Shown piece after piece: positions 20,665 through 30,104 of a DNA stretch of 64,000 nucleotides (positions are counted from its first letter, which is position 1; every line of letters begins with the position of its first letter). The notes beneath the pieces are model-generated. The model ran no database searches and was not told the DNA's origin. It saw only the letters and a list, made by a program, of their open reading frames with translations. The stretch is from Pirellulales bacterium (GTDB lineage Bacteria > Planctomycetota > Planctomycetia > Pirellulales > JAICIG01). The DNA is taken from the NCBI GenBank assembly GCA_040901675.1, contig JBBDYJ010000013.1, positions 32,001 through 96,000 on the forward strand, read 5' to 3'. Position numbers and translations under genes: made by a program.

Positions 20665-22629
20665 ATGGCTCTGACTGTTCGTGAACTCCGCCTACCCGAT
20701 CGCAACCTGCCAGCGCGCCCAAACGGCCGCCCACGCCGAGCCGCCGCAGTCGCGCTGGCCTGTGCGCTGACGGGCAGCACGCTGGCCGGCACCGTGCAGG
20801 CGGCCGCCCCAACCGCCGAAAAGGCGCTGCAGCTCACGCCCGTGCAAAAAGATGTCGAGTACGACCGGCCCAGCGAGTCGGAAGCCAAACGCGCGACCAT
20901 CAAGGCCGAACAGATCGGCAGCCAAACCGGCTGGGTGGTGCGTTCCGCCGCCGGCCAGGTGCTGCGGCAGTTCGTCGATACCAACGGCGACAACGTCGTG
21001 GACCAGTGGTCATACTTCCTCAACGGCCTGGAGGTGTACCGCGACGTCGACTCGAACTTCAACGGCAAGGCCGACCAGTACCGCTGGCTGAATACGGGCG
21101 GCAGCCGCTGGGGGGTCGACGACAACGAAGACGGCGAAATCGAGGCTTGGGAGCGGATCTCGGCTGAGGAAGTCAGCGCGGAAGTGGTGCGGGCCCTGGC
21201 CGAGCGCGACAGCGGCCGCTTCGCCCGGCTGCTGCTGCCGGCCGACGAGCTGAAGTCGCTCAATCTGGGGCAGGCCAAAGCCAAATCGCTCCAGGAAAAG
21301 CTGGCCAAGGCGATCGCTTTGTTCAAAACGATGGCGGCCCGCCAGCAGACCGTGAGCAACACGACCCAGTGGGTCGATTTCAGCGGGAGTCAGCCGGGCA
21401 TCGTGCCCAAGGGGACCGACGGCATCGGCAAGGACCTGCTGGTTTACGAAAACGTGATGGCCATGGTCGAAACCGATGGCAAGCACGCCCAAGTGCAGAT
21501 CGGCACGCTGATCCAGGTGGGTGACAACTGGCGGCTGGTCGACGCGCCGGAGCTGATCGACCAGGGGCACGCCAACGCGTCCGGCGGCGGATTCTTCTTC
21601 ACCTCGCTGGCCAGCCGGTCCGAGACGGGCGGCGATGCGCCGGGCGGTCCCGACGGCAAGACGCAGGAACTGCTGGCCCGGCTGGAGAAGCTGGACGAGG
21701 TGGGCGCGGTCACCGGCGACACACAGGAGCATGCCGCGGCCGTTGCCGAGCGATGCGATCTCTTGGAAGAAATCGCCGCCAGCGTCGGCACGGCGGACGA
21801 ACGCCGGCAGTGGCTGCGGCAACTGGCCGACACCGTGAGCGCCGCGGTGCAGGCCGGCAGCTACCCGGAGGGAGTCGAGCGATTGAAGTCCTTGCAGCAG
21901 AAGCTGGAAGCGGATGATGCGGAACTGGCCGGCTACGTCCGCTTCCGCTATTTGACGGCCGAGTATGGCCTGAACCTGCAGTCGGGCAGCGGCGATTTCG
22001 CCAAGATCCAAAGCCGCTGGCTGGAGAGCCTGCGAGAGTACGTCGACGACTACCCGACCAGCCCGGACACGGCCGAGGCGATGCTGCAGTTGGGGATCGC
22101 CGAGGAGTTCGCCGGCGAGGAGGACGAGGCCAAGAAGTGGTACACCCAGATCGTGGCCAGTTTTCCCGAGTCGCCCTCGTCGCAAAAAGCGGCGGGCGCC
22201 AAGACGCGCCTGGCTTGCGTCGGAAAGCAGATCGAGATCAAGGGTGCCAGCCCCACGGGCAAGATGGTCAGCCTGGCCCAGTTGCGCAAGAAGGTCGTGC
22301 TGATCCAGTATTGGGCTACCTGGTGCGAGCCGTGCAAGACGGACCTGGCCCAGATCAAGGAATTGCAGGCCAAGTACGGCAAGGACGGCTTTGTCATCAT
22401 CAGCATCAGCCTCGACAGCCGCAAAGAGGACCTGCTCGGCTACCTGAAGAGCAATCCGCTGCCCTGGCTGCACATCTACGAGCCGGGAGGCCTCGACAGC
22501 CGGCTGGCCAACGAGCTGGGAATCCTGACGTTGCCCACCATGCTGCTGGTGAACCAGCAGGGCGAGGTGGTGAACCGCAGCATTCACGTGACCGAGCTCG
22601 ACAAGGAGATCCGCACGTTGCTGCGGTAG
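20665..22629 (+). CDS. Exported TPR protein with C-terminal TlpA/ResA-like thioredoxin domain
   Basis: Signal peptide, DxNxDxxxD-type loops, helical TPR region, WATWCEPC and LPT cis-Pro motif. Confidence 0.88.
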   Translation: MALTVRELRLPDRNLPARPNGRPRRAAAVALACALTGSTLAGTVQAAAPTAEKALQLTPVQKDVEYDRPSESEAKRATIKAEQIGSQTGWVVRSAAGQVLRQFVDTNGDNVVDQWSYFLNGLEVYRDVDSNFNGKADQYRWLNTGGSRWGVDDNEDGEIEAWERISAEEVSAEVVRALAERDSGRFARLLLPADELKSLNLGQAKAKSLQEKLAKAIALFKTMAARQQTVSNTTQWVDFSGSQPGIVPKGTDGIGKDLLVYENVMAMVETDGKHAQVQIGTLIQVGDNWRLVDAPELIDQGHANASGGGFFFTSLASRSETGGDAPGGPDGKTQELLARLEKLDEVGAVTGDTQEHAAAVAERCDLLEEIAASVGTADERRQWLRQLADTVSAAVQAGSYPEGVERLKSLQQKLEADDAELAGYVRFRYLTAEYGLNLQSGSGDFAKIQSRWLESLREYVDDYPTSPDTAEAMLQLGIAEEFAGEEDEAKKWYTQIVASFPESPSSQKAAGAKTRLACVGKQIEIKGASPTGKMVSLAQLRKKVVLIQYWATWCEPCKTDLAQIKELQAKYGKDGFVIISISLDSRKEDLLGYLKSNPLPWLHIYEPGGLDSRLANELGILTLPTMLLVNQQGEVVNRSIHVTELDKEIRTLLR

Positions 22630-22640
22630 AGCGGAGAGGG

Positions 22641-22735
22641 AAGGCAGAAGGCAGAAGGAGGAAGGAGGAAGGAGAAAGAACGACCAGGGGACAAGGCGAC
22701 CAGGGGACAAGGCGACCAGGGGACAAGGCGACCAG
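22641..22735. repeat. Heptamer array (AAGGCAG/AAGGAGG) followed by 3.4 perfect copies of the 16-mer CGACCAGGGGACAAGG
   Basis: Heptamers 22641-22678. 16-mers start at 22681, 22697 and 22713, with a partial copy to 22735. Confidence 0.9.
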
Positions 22736-22801
22736 AAGGAAGTAGGCTTGGCGAGAGGTCCTCCTCGTCGGCGGAACTTCTTTAGGGTTTGTAAAATTTT
22801 C

Positions 22802-22832
22802 AAAAGTGCCGCCGGAAGGGGGCACTTTTTTT
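22802..22832 (+). terminator. Rho-independent (possibly bidirectional) terminator
   Basis: aaaagtgcc...ggcactttttt hairpin. Confidence 0.65.
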
Positions 22833-23043
22833 GTTGGATCCGCAGAGCCGCGGCGGCCGGCCCGCTTCGGCAAGTTGTATCGGCGGGTCGCTTTATCACG
22901 CCGATCGTCCTGGCCATGAGTTGGGCCGAAGACGCTTGGCACGAAAGTCGCTCCCGGCACGGCAGGCCGTTTGGCGAACCGGCAGGAAGCCGGTCGGCGG
23001 CCCACGCCTGCGAGGCCGGCGGAACGGAATCCGGGAGCGATGA

Positions 23044-23313
23044 GTGATGAACGAGACCCACCTCGAATGGGCCATTTATGGTCTGGCGATCGTCCAGACG
23101 GCCGGCTTGCTGAGTGCCTGCCTGGCAAGGCTGGGTGAAGGATCGACTCGGCAAGCCGGCTGCCAATGGCTGTTTTTCGGCTGCTTGTCGCTGGTCGGAC
23201 TGGCGACGATGGTGGCCCTGGCGGTCGGGCCGGGCGCCTGTCTGGCCAGCGGCACGACGCTGACCGTGATGGTTTTGACGGCGACCTGGGACTTCAGCCG
23301 GGCCGTTCTCTGA
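23044..23313 (+). CDS. Small hypothetical membrane protein
   Basis: 89 aa with three hydrophobic helices and a ggga RBS-like sequence upstream. Confidence 0.65.
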   Translation: MMNETHLEWAIYGLAIVQTAGLLSACLARLGEGSTRQAGCQWLFFGCLSLVGLATMVALAVGPGACLASGTTLTVMVLTATWDFSRAVL

Positions 23314-23614
23314 CGCCGGGGCGACGCAACCCCCGTTTGGCCATGGGTTTGCGAGTTACCCCCTTCTACCGGCAAATGGGTCCGAACGGGTAGGATCCCT
23401 AAAATCGAAAAAAAGCTTCCCTTCGGAACATCGCCCGGCCGAAACCTATAGACAGGCATTACTGATCGGGGGTGAGGTTGCGCGGGGGGTACCAAACGCA
23501 ACTTCCATGGGCCGCCCTGGCGGCTCACCTCCTCCATTGCCTCGCCGCCCGATCACCGCTCGCGTTGAGCAGAGAACAAGGCAGACTGCCGTGATCCATA
23601 GGAGGAGGGGAAGC

Positions 23615-24712
23615 ATGCGACGCTTCATTCTGGGTGTGGCGATTGCAATCGCCTGTCTTTCGCCGGGCTTGGCCTCGGCGTCGGACCAGGAAACCGCGCA
23701 GCGAATTGCCGACACGCTGCGGCAAAGCGGCCGCCTGGCCGACTACAGCATCGGCGTCAAGTTCCAGGGGGGCGCCGCCTGGCTGCTGGGCCGAGTCAGC
23801 AGCGCCGAACAGATGGCCACCGCGGTCCAGATGGCCGAACGGATGCCGGAGGTTTCCTCGGTAGTCAACAACCTGGAGATCAAGGCCGCCGGGCATCGCC
23901 CGGCAGGGGCCAAGCAACCGGTGGTTCGGGCCGCGGCCAGCCGCAGCAACCGCACCGTGGTGCGCTTGCCCGAGCAGACGGCCGACGAACACGTTCAGCG
24001 GGCGGCCGGCGAAGTGTCGTTCCCGGACCACCTGGGCACGGGCCAGCGCGACACGCTGGGTGCCTTGGACCAGGGGTCGCGCGGGCCTTCGGTCCGCCGG
24101 GCCAGCCAGACTTCGGGGCGGATGGCTCCGATGCCCCTGGGCGAGCAGCTTCAAGGAACGCCAACGCTGGCTCCGGCTCCGCAGGGCTACCATCAACTGG
24201 CCCAGGCGGCTCCCGGCTCGTTCCCGGGCCAGGTGCACCAGGCGCCCTACCAGGCGGGCACGGAAGGCGGGTTGCACCCGCTGACCCAGCAAGCGCCGTT
24301 TCAAGGCCCGCCGGTCCCGGCAGGCACGCGGCAGGGTCGCGGTGTCCCGTTGGGGCAGCCGGTTACCCCCGGTATGACGCGAGCTGCCGGCTACCAGATG
24401 GTCGCCGGCGGGGGGCCTCCAGGCCAAGGGTTCGCTGGTGGTGCAATGCCGTCGCACGCCGAAGCGGTTCCGGGCGGAGCCGCGCCGGCCTACTACGACC
24501 AGCCGCACATGCCCAACTATGCCTGGCCCAGCTACGCCGCATACCCCAACTATGCGGGCTTGACGTATCCCAAGCAGTATTCGCCGACGGCCTGGCCGTA
24601 CATCGGACCGTTTTATCCCTATCCGCAGGTGCCGCTTGGCTGGCGGAAAGTGACGCTGGAGTGGGACGACGGTTGGTGGTTCCTGGACTTCGACGACCGG
24701 CGCTGCCAATAG
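23615..24712 (+). CDS. BON-domain exported protein with aromatic-rich C-terminal motif
   Basis: aggagg RBS, signal peptide, BON-like IGVKFQGGAAWLLGRV...VVNNL, P/G/Q-rich linker, C-terminal PNYAWPSYA...WRKVTLEWDDGWWFLDF. Confidence 0.85.
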   Translation: MRRFILGVAIAIACLSPGLASASDQETAQRIADTLRQSGRLADYSIGVKFQGGAAWLLGRVSSAEQMATAVQMAERMPEVSSVVNNLEIKAAGHRPAGAKQPVVRAAASRSNRTVVRLPEQTADEHVQRAAGEVSFPDHLGTGQRDTLGALDQGSRGPSVRRASQTSGRMAPMPLGEQLQGTPTLAPAPQGYHQLAQAAPGSFPGQVHQAPYQAGTEGGLHPLTQQAPFQGPPVPAGTRQGRGVPLGQPVTPGMTRAAGYQMVAGGGPPGQGFAGGAMPSHAEAVPGGAAPAYYDQPHMPNYAWPSYAAYPNYAGLTYPKQYSPTAWPYIGPFYPYPQVPLGWRKVTLEWDDGWWFLDFDDRRCQ

Positions 24713-24844
24713 AAGCCTGCCGGCCCGGCCGCCACGAAGCACGGCCTGGTGCTAGCGTCGCACAGAACCTCCCGTGGCGGGAGCCGGCAAGTTCGAGAGC
24801 AAACAAGTTCGAGAGCAAAAGCGGCTGAAGCGTCGCTCCAAACG

Positions 24845-24881
24845 CCCCTCCGGAGCTTTTTTGCTCCGGCGGGGTTTTTTT
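24845..24881 (+). terminator. Rho-independent terminator
   Basis: cccctccggagc-tttttt-gctccggcgggg followed by T7. Confidence 0.8.
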
Positions 24882-24937
24882 GCCGCACGTCGGCGCGCAG
24901 CGTAGCAACGGCGCAAGGTAATCTTCCTCACGATCGA

Positions 24938-25017
24938 CTGGGGCACGCTTATCGCTTTGCCCCAGCCACCCACCTCGCTTTGCCCCAGCCACCCACCTCG
25001 CTTTGCCCCAGGCACCC
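24938..25017. repeat. REP-like palindrome with tandemly triplicated right arm
   Basis: ctggggcacgcttatcgctttgccccagccaccc followed by two more (acctcgctttgccccag(c/g)caccc) units. Confidence 0.85.
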
Positions 25018-25211
25018 ACGGAGGCGGACCGGTCCGGCCGGTCGGGGATTCTTTCACGCACGGCCTTTCTTTACGCACAACCGGAAAAATCCGCAAGTTC
25101 GCCAGAGTTTGTCACGATAAGTAGGACTAGTTCACGCGTGGACAAACCACGCACTCGTTCAATCCCAGGCCAAGCGGACACGGATCGAGACAGGTCAAAC
25201 GAGGAGCGCCC

Positions 25212-25793
25212 ATGTCATCCAAGGCCCTTCAAACTTCGCTGTTTGCCCTGCTGGCCGCGTCGCTGCTGGCGTCCACCGGCTGCACGTTTCCGTTCAACAG
25301 CTCGTTTGGGCCGAGCGTCGAGTTTCCGTTTCCGATTCCCGTCAGCCCCTATTTCCAGAAAGAGCAGGAAGACAAGTTCTGGATGAAGGAGCGTTATGCA
25401 CGGGTGCCGATTCTGGGACCGATTACGGCCGGTGGCCCTGCGATTGCCTTGGATCCCCCGTCGCCCGACGAGGTGATGCGGGCGTTGGAACGGGCCCGCC
25501 CGGTGGAGGGCGGCGTGCCGCTGTTGCACGAGGTGCAACGGAACAACGTGCAGATGACCATCGAACAGATCTCCGATTACGTCGATCCGCCCCGCGTCTA
25601 TCCGCTGATCGGGCCTGCCCAACTGCACCATGCCCACTACAAGTGCACGATCTACTACACCGAGGTGACGCGTGTCGGCTGGCCGTTGCCATACACGACC
25701 GTCGACGAAGACACCCGCGAAGTGATCTACATCGACCACAACCACTTCCACATGGTGGGCAACGTGGACGATGGCCCGGGCGGGCAATTGTAG
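25212..25793 (+). CDS. Hypothetical lipoprotein
   Basis: gaggag RBS, lipobox-like LLASTGC, coding-like codon usage. Confidence 0.75.
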   Translation: MSSKALQTSLFALLAASLLASTGCTFPFNSSFGPSVEFPFPIPVSPYFQKEQEDKFWMKERYARVPILGPITAGGPAIALDPPSPDEVMRALERARPVEGGVPLLHEVQRNNVQMTIEQISDYVDPPRVYPLIGPAQLHHAHYKCTIYYTEVTRVGWPLPYTTVDEDTREVIYIDHNHFHMVGNVDDGPGGQL

Positions 25794-25826
25794 GCCTCCC
25801 TTGCAGGCCAGTGGCTTGCCGCCGCC

Positions 25827-28787
25827 ATGTCCGCAACTTGCACCAAATGGATTCTGGCCATCGTTGTGGCGGCCGTTGCGACAGCTCCTTCGGCATGGGC
25901 GGGCCCAGCCGACGACCAGTACGCCGTGGCCGCCGGGCACTACAACCAGCGGCGATGGCATCTGGCGATCGATGAGTTCGACGTCTTTCTCGAGCAGCAC
26001 GACGACGACGCGAAGGCCGACCGGGCGTTGTTCTATTCGGCCGAATCGCTGGTGCAACTGCGGCGGTTCGATGAGGCCGCCGGCCGGTTCCGCCGCTTCC
26101 TGGCCCGCAATTCGGACGCGCGGCTGGCACCCAAGGCCCTGTTCCGGGCCGGCGAGTCGGCCTACCTGGCGGGCCACCTCGACGATGCCCGCCGCGAGCT
26201 GACCGAGTTCGTCCGGCAGGCGCCCGACGACACCTTGCGGGCCTACGCGATCGCCTATCTGGGCGACGTCGCCCTGCGCCGGCGGGAGGCTGCCGAAGCG
26301 CGGCAGCACTTCAACGACGGCCTCGAACGTTTTGCAAATGGGCCACTCGAGGACGACTACCGTTTCGGCCTGGCCAGGGCCCTGGAGCAACTGGGCGAGC
26401 AGGAGCAGGCGCGGCGGCTCTACGCGGCGCTGGCCGCCAAGACCCAGGGCGCCTTGGCCGACGACGCCCAGTTTTACCTGGGAGCCAGCCACTACGCCGC
26501 CGGCGAATACCAAGCCGCACTCGAGGCGTTCGACGCCTTTGAAACGAGCTTTCCGACAAGCAAATGGCGCGGCCAGGCCGGGCTTGCGGGAGGGCAGGCG
26601 CTGTTCTTTCTGGCGCGCTACGACGAGGCAGCCGAGCGGTTCGAGGCCTTGCAGGGTGCCACTGCCACCCTCGAAGCACGCTATTGGCTGGGACTCGTGC
26701 AAAAGGCCCGACAGCAGTGGGCGGCCGCTGCCGCCACGCTGCTGGCCGCCGCAGCCGAACTGGATCAACAAGCCGATCAACCAGGCGAGATCGCGCCGCC
26801 AGTTGACCTGAAAACCGTTGAGCAGAAGCCAGTTGAGCAGAAGGAGGGCCCGACCGGCGAAGGGGTCGGCCGCGGCGATCCCGCCAAGCCGCTCTCCGGC
26901 GCTCGCCACTGGCTGGGGCCCGCCCTGCGGTTTCACGCCGGGGAGTGCCTGCTGAAGGAGGGCCGTCATGACAAAGCCGCCCGGCAGTTCGAGCTGGTGC
27001 TGGCCCGCTGGCCTGAGAGCGATCTGGCCGACGACGGCGCGTTGGGCAACATCCGCGCTGCGGCGGCTGCCGGCAAGCACGACGCCGTTGAGCGGTTGGT
27101 CGATGACTTCCGGCGACAGCACGAAACCAGCCCCTTGAGGCCCGCGGCCGACCATGTACTGGCTACTTCGCTGATCGCGCTGGGCAAGTTCGGCGACGCG
27201 GTTGCGCCGCTGGAATCATACCTGGCCGCCGAGGGCAAGAGTGAAGACGCTTGGGCCCAGGGACAGTTGGCCGTGTGCCATGCCCAGACCGGTCAGCTCG
27301 ATCGGGCCAAGGAGCTGTTCCGGACGCTGGCGCGCAACCAGGCGGAGCATGAGGCGATCCGGCCCACAACCAGGGCGCTGGCCGAGGCGGCCCTGCGAGC
27401 GGGCGACCCGGATTGGGCCGCCGAGCTGTTTGGCACCTTGACTGACGACTCGCAAGCGTCCGGCCTCACGGCCAAGGGCTTGTCGGGCCTTGCCTGGAGC
27501 CAGGTCAAAGCGGGCAAGCTCGAACTGGCGGCCGCCACTTTCGACCGCCTGCTCGAACAAGCTCCTGCCGGCGAACTGGCTGCCGAGGCGGCCCTGGCTC
27601 GCGGCCAGATTCTCCAACGGCTGGGCCAGGCCGAGCAGGCGCTGCCGATGTACCAGCGGGTGATCGCCGAGCATCCACAGAGCGTTCAACTGAGGCAAGC
27701 CTTGTTGGGCGCTGCCCGCCTTCACGATCAACTCCAGCAGGATGCCGAGGCCGGCGCGCTGTATGCCCGCTTGGAGGCCGAGTTTTCCGACCATCCGCGG
27801 CACGATGGCGTGGTTTATGAATGGGCCTGGGTGCAGCGCGACCTGGGCCGGCACGGCGAAGCCGATGCGCTGTTCGAGCGGCTGCGGGGCCAGGCTCCGC
27901 GGGGCCGCTACTGGGCCGACGCGGTTTACCGGCTTGCCGAGCGGGCCCTTGACAGCAACGAGCTCGATCGGGCCCTGGAACTTGCGGAAGAGTTGCTGGC
28001 GAGCGGCGCCGGGGCCGAGATTCGGCCCCACGCCCTGTGGTTGACGGCCCAAGTGGCCATCGTCCGTGAACAATGGGCCCAGGCCGCCCAGCCGCTCGAA
28101 CGGCTGGTGGCTGAGTTTGCCGAGCACCCGTTGAGGTTGCTCGCTGACTATTACCTGGCCGAGTCGGCCTATCGCCAAGACGACCTGGCCGTGGCCGACG
28201 AGCGGTTTGCCCGGCTGGCCGAGCAGGCGGAAGGCGGCCGCGAGAAATGGCTGGCCATGGTCCCGCTGCGGCGGGCGCAGATCCTGGCGCATCAAAAGCG
28301 GTGGCGCGAAGCACTGGAATCGGCCCAAGCGATCGCGGCCGAGTTTCCCGGCTTCGAGCAGCAGTACGAGGCCGATTACGTGATCGGCCGGGCGTTGGCC
28401 AGCCTGGCCGAGTTCGATCGGGCTCGCGAGGCTTACCAGCGCGTGACCCGCTCGCCGACGGGAGGCAAGACCGAAACGGCCGCCATGGCGCAATGGATGA
28501 TCGGCGAAAGCTATTTTCACCAGCGCAACTACCAGGCGGCCCTGCGGGAATACCTGCGCGTGGAGATCCTCTACGACTATCCCACCTGGCAGGCAGGGGC
28601 GCTGTTGCAAGCGGGGAAGTGCCACGAGCTGCTGGGCGACTGGCAGCAAGCCGAGAAGTTGTATGAGCGGATTGTGAAGCTGTATACCGAAACCGACTTT
28701 ACCGACGAGGCCGGGCGGCGGCTGCAAGCGGCCCAGGCCCGCCGGATGCCTCCCGAGCCGCGACAGGCCAAAGGATTGGTGCCATGA
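25827..28787 (+). CDS. Large exported TPR-repeat protein (CpoB/YbgF-like repeats)
   Basis: Signal peptide ending AWA. Many TPR helices (ALFYSAESL, AQFYLGASHY, AQWMIGESYF). Confidence 0.9.
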   Translation: MSATCTKWILAIVVAAVATAPSAWAGPADDQYAVAAGHYNQRRWHLAIDEFDVFLEQHDDDAKADRALFYSAESLVQLRRFDEAAGRFRRFLARNSDARLAPKALFRAGESAYLAGHLDDARRELTEFVRQAPDDTLRAYAIAYLGDVALRRREAAEARQHFNDGLERFANGPLEDDYRFGLARALEQLGEQEQARRLYAALAAKTQGALADDAQFYLGASHYAAGEYQAALEAFDAFETSFPTSKWRGQAGLAGGQALFFLARYDEAAERFEALQGATATLEARYWLGLVQKARQQWAAAAATLLAAAAELDQQADQPGEIAPPVDLKTVEQKPVEQKEGPTGEGVGRGDPAKPLSGARHWLGPALRFHAGECLLKEGRHDKAARQFELVLARWPESDLADDGALGNIRAAAAAGKHDAVERLVDDFRRQHETSPLRPAADHVLATSLIALGKFGDAVAPLESYLAAEGKSEDAWAQGQLAVCHAQTGQLDRAKELFRTLARNQAEHEAIRPTTRALAEAALRAGDPDWAAELFGTLTDDSQASGLTAKGLSGLAWSQVKAGKLELAAATFDRLLEQAPAGELAAEAALARGQILQRLGQAEQALPMYQRVIAEHPQSVQLRQALLGAARLHDQLQQDAEAGALYARLEAEFSDHPRHDGVVYEWAWVQRDLGRHGEADALFERLRGQAPRGRYWADAVYRLAERALDSNELDRALELAEELLASGAGAEIRPHALWLTAQVAIVREQWAQAAQPLERLVAEFAEHPLRLLADYYLAESAYRQDDLAVADERFARLAEQAEGGREKWLAMVPLRRAQILAHQKRWREALESAQAIAAEFPGFEQQYEADYVIGRALASLAEFDRAREAYQRVTRSPTGGKTETAAMAQWMIGESYFHQRNYQAALREYLRVEILYDYPTWQAGALLQAGKCHELLGDWQQAEKLYERIVKLYTETDFTDEAGRRLQAAQARRMPPEPRQAKGLVP

Positions 28788-29665
28788 ACGTGCTGAAGTC
28801 AATCGACAAGTGGATCATGCGAACGATGTGCCTGCTGCTGCTCGCCGCGGCGGTGCTGGGCCCGCGGACATTCGCTCACGGGCAATGGGCGGGCGACCGA
28901 GTGGCCGTCGCGGGCGATGAACAAGGTCCGGACCGGCCGGCCACGCTGGAGGATGGCGAGCAGCCGGCGGCCGATGCGGCGATCCCGTCCAAGAACATGC
29001 TGCAGATCGTCAAGGCGGGCGGCATCCTGATGCTGCCGATCCTGTTGTGTTCGTTCATTCTCCTGGTCTTCGTGTTCGAACGGATGATCGCCTTGAGGCG
29101 GCGGCGCGTCGTCCCGCGGCCGTTCGTCAAGCGGTTCCTGCACCAGTTGCGTCAAGGAGAGCTGAACCGCGAGCAGGCCCTGGCGCTGTGCGAGGAGAAC
29201 AAGAGCCCGGTCGCCGAAGTGTTCGGCGGGGCGGTCCGCAAATGGGGGCGGCCGGCCGTCGAGGTCGAACAGGCGGTGCTCGACTCCGGCGAGCGGGCGG
29301 TGACCGGCCTGAGGCGCTACGTGCGGGTGTTCAACGCCGTGGCGACGGTCAGCCCGCTGTTGGGACTGCTGGGAACCGTGTTCGGCATGATCGCCGCCTT
29401 CAACGAGATCGCCACGGCCGATGCGATGGGCCGGCCCGAACAACTGGCCGCCGGCATCAGCGAGGCCTTGATCACCACGGCGGCCGGGCTGAGCGTGGCC
29501 ATTCCGGCCCTGTGCTGCTACCTGTTCTTCATCAGCCGCGTCGACCAGTTGGTCGTCCAGATCGATGCCCTGGGCCAGGAAGTGGTGGAGGTGATTTCGG
29601 CCGAGGGTCTGCAGGCGGCCAACCAACCCAAGGCGTCGCGGGCCAGCCGGCGCGACGCTGCCTGA
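28784..29665 (+). CDS. exbB: MotA/TolQ/ExbB proton channel protein
   Basis: SPLLGLLGTVFGMI and GISEALITTAAGLSVAIPA motifs. ATGA overlap with the upstream gene. Confidence 0.95.
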   Translation: MNVLKSIDKWIMRTMCLLLLAAAVLGPRTFAHGQWAGDRVAVAGDEQGPDRPATLEDGEQPAADAAIPSKNMLQIVKAGGILMLPILLCSFILLVFVFERMIALRRRRVVPRPFVKRFLHQLRQGELNREQALALCEENKSPVAEVFGGAVRKWGRPAVEVEQAVLDSGERAVTGLRRYVRVFNAVATVSPLLGLLGTVFGMIAAFNEIATADAMGRPEQLAAGISEALITTAAGLSVAIPALCCYLFFISRVDQLVVQIDALGQEVVEVISAEGLQAANQPKASRASRRDAA

Positions 29666-29682
29666 TCCGGAGTAACTGAATC

Positions 29683-30102
29683 ATGCCCCTGAAAACGCAT
29701 ATCGACGAGCAGCCGAGCTTGAACCTGACGTCGATGATCGACGTGGTGTTCCTGTTGATCATCTTCTTCATGGTCGGCACCCGGTTCGCGGAAATGGAAC
29801 GCAAGATCGGCTTGCGCGTGCCGGAGGTGAGCAATGCCGCCGCCCTGTCGGCCGCTCCGGAAAAGAAGGTGGTCCACGTTTACCGCGACGGGCAGTTGAC
29901 GCTGGACCGCGACTCGGTCTCGCTGGCCGATCTGACCGTGCGGCTGGCCACCGCGCGCAGCCAGTACCCGGACCTGGGCGTGCTGGTGCGAGGCGACGCC
30001 CAGGGGCCGTTTCAGAACGTGGCCGAAGTTCTGAACGCCTGCAAGCAGGCCGGCGTGGCCGAACTGGCGATCTCCGTCAAGCTGTCGACTAGCACGAGGT
30101 AG
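29683..30102 (+). CDS. exbD: ExbD/TolR biopolymer transport protein
   Basis: LNLTSMIDVVFLLIIFFMV with the essential Asp, and VLVRGD motif. Confidence 0.95.
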   Translation: MPLKTHIDEQPSLNLTSMIDVVFLLIIFFMVGTRFAEMERKIGLRVPEVSNAAALSAAPEKKVVHVYRDGQLTLDRDSVSLADLTVRLATARSQYPDLGVLVRGDAQGPFQNVAEVLNACKQAGVAELAISVKLSTSTR

Positions 30103-30104
30103 CC

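Noticed and set aside
22681..22735. Possible CRISPR array (three identical repeats)
   Set aside because: The units are contiguous 16-mers with no spacers, and no cas genes are in the window.
24788..24820. Direct repeat CAAGTTCGAGAGCAAA x2 as an operator or att site
   Set aside because: It lies between a stop codon and a terminator with no other copy seen, most simply a local duplication.
25093..25120. sigma28-like promoter (GCAAG-N15-CACGATAA) upstream of the lipoprotein
   Set aside because: The match is too degenerate to support without TSS data.
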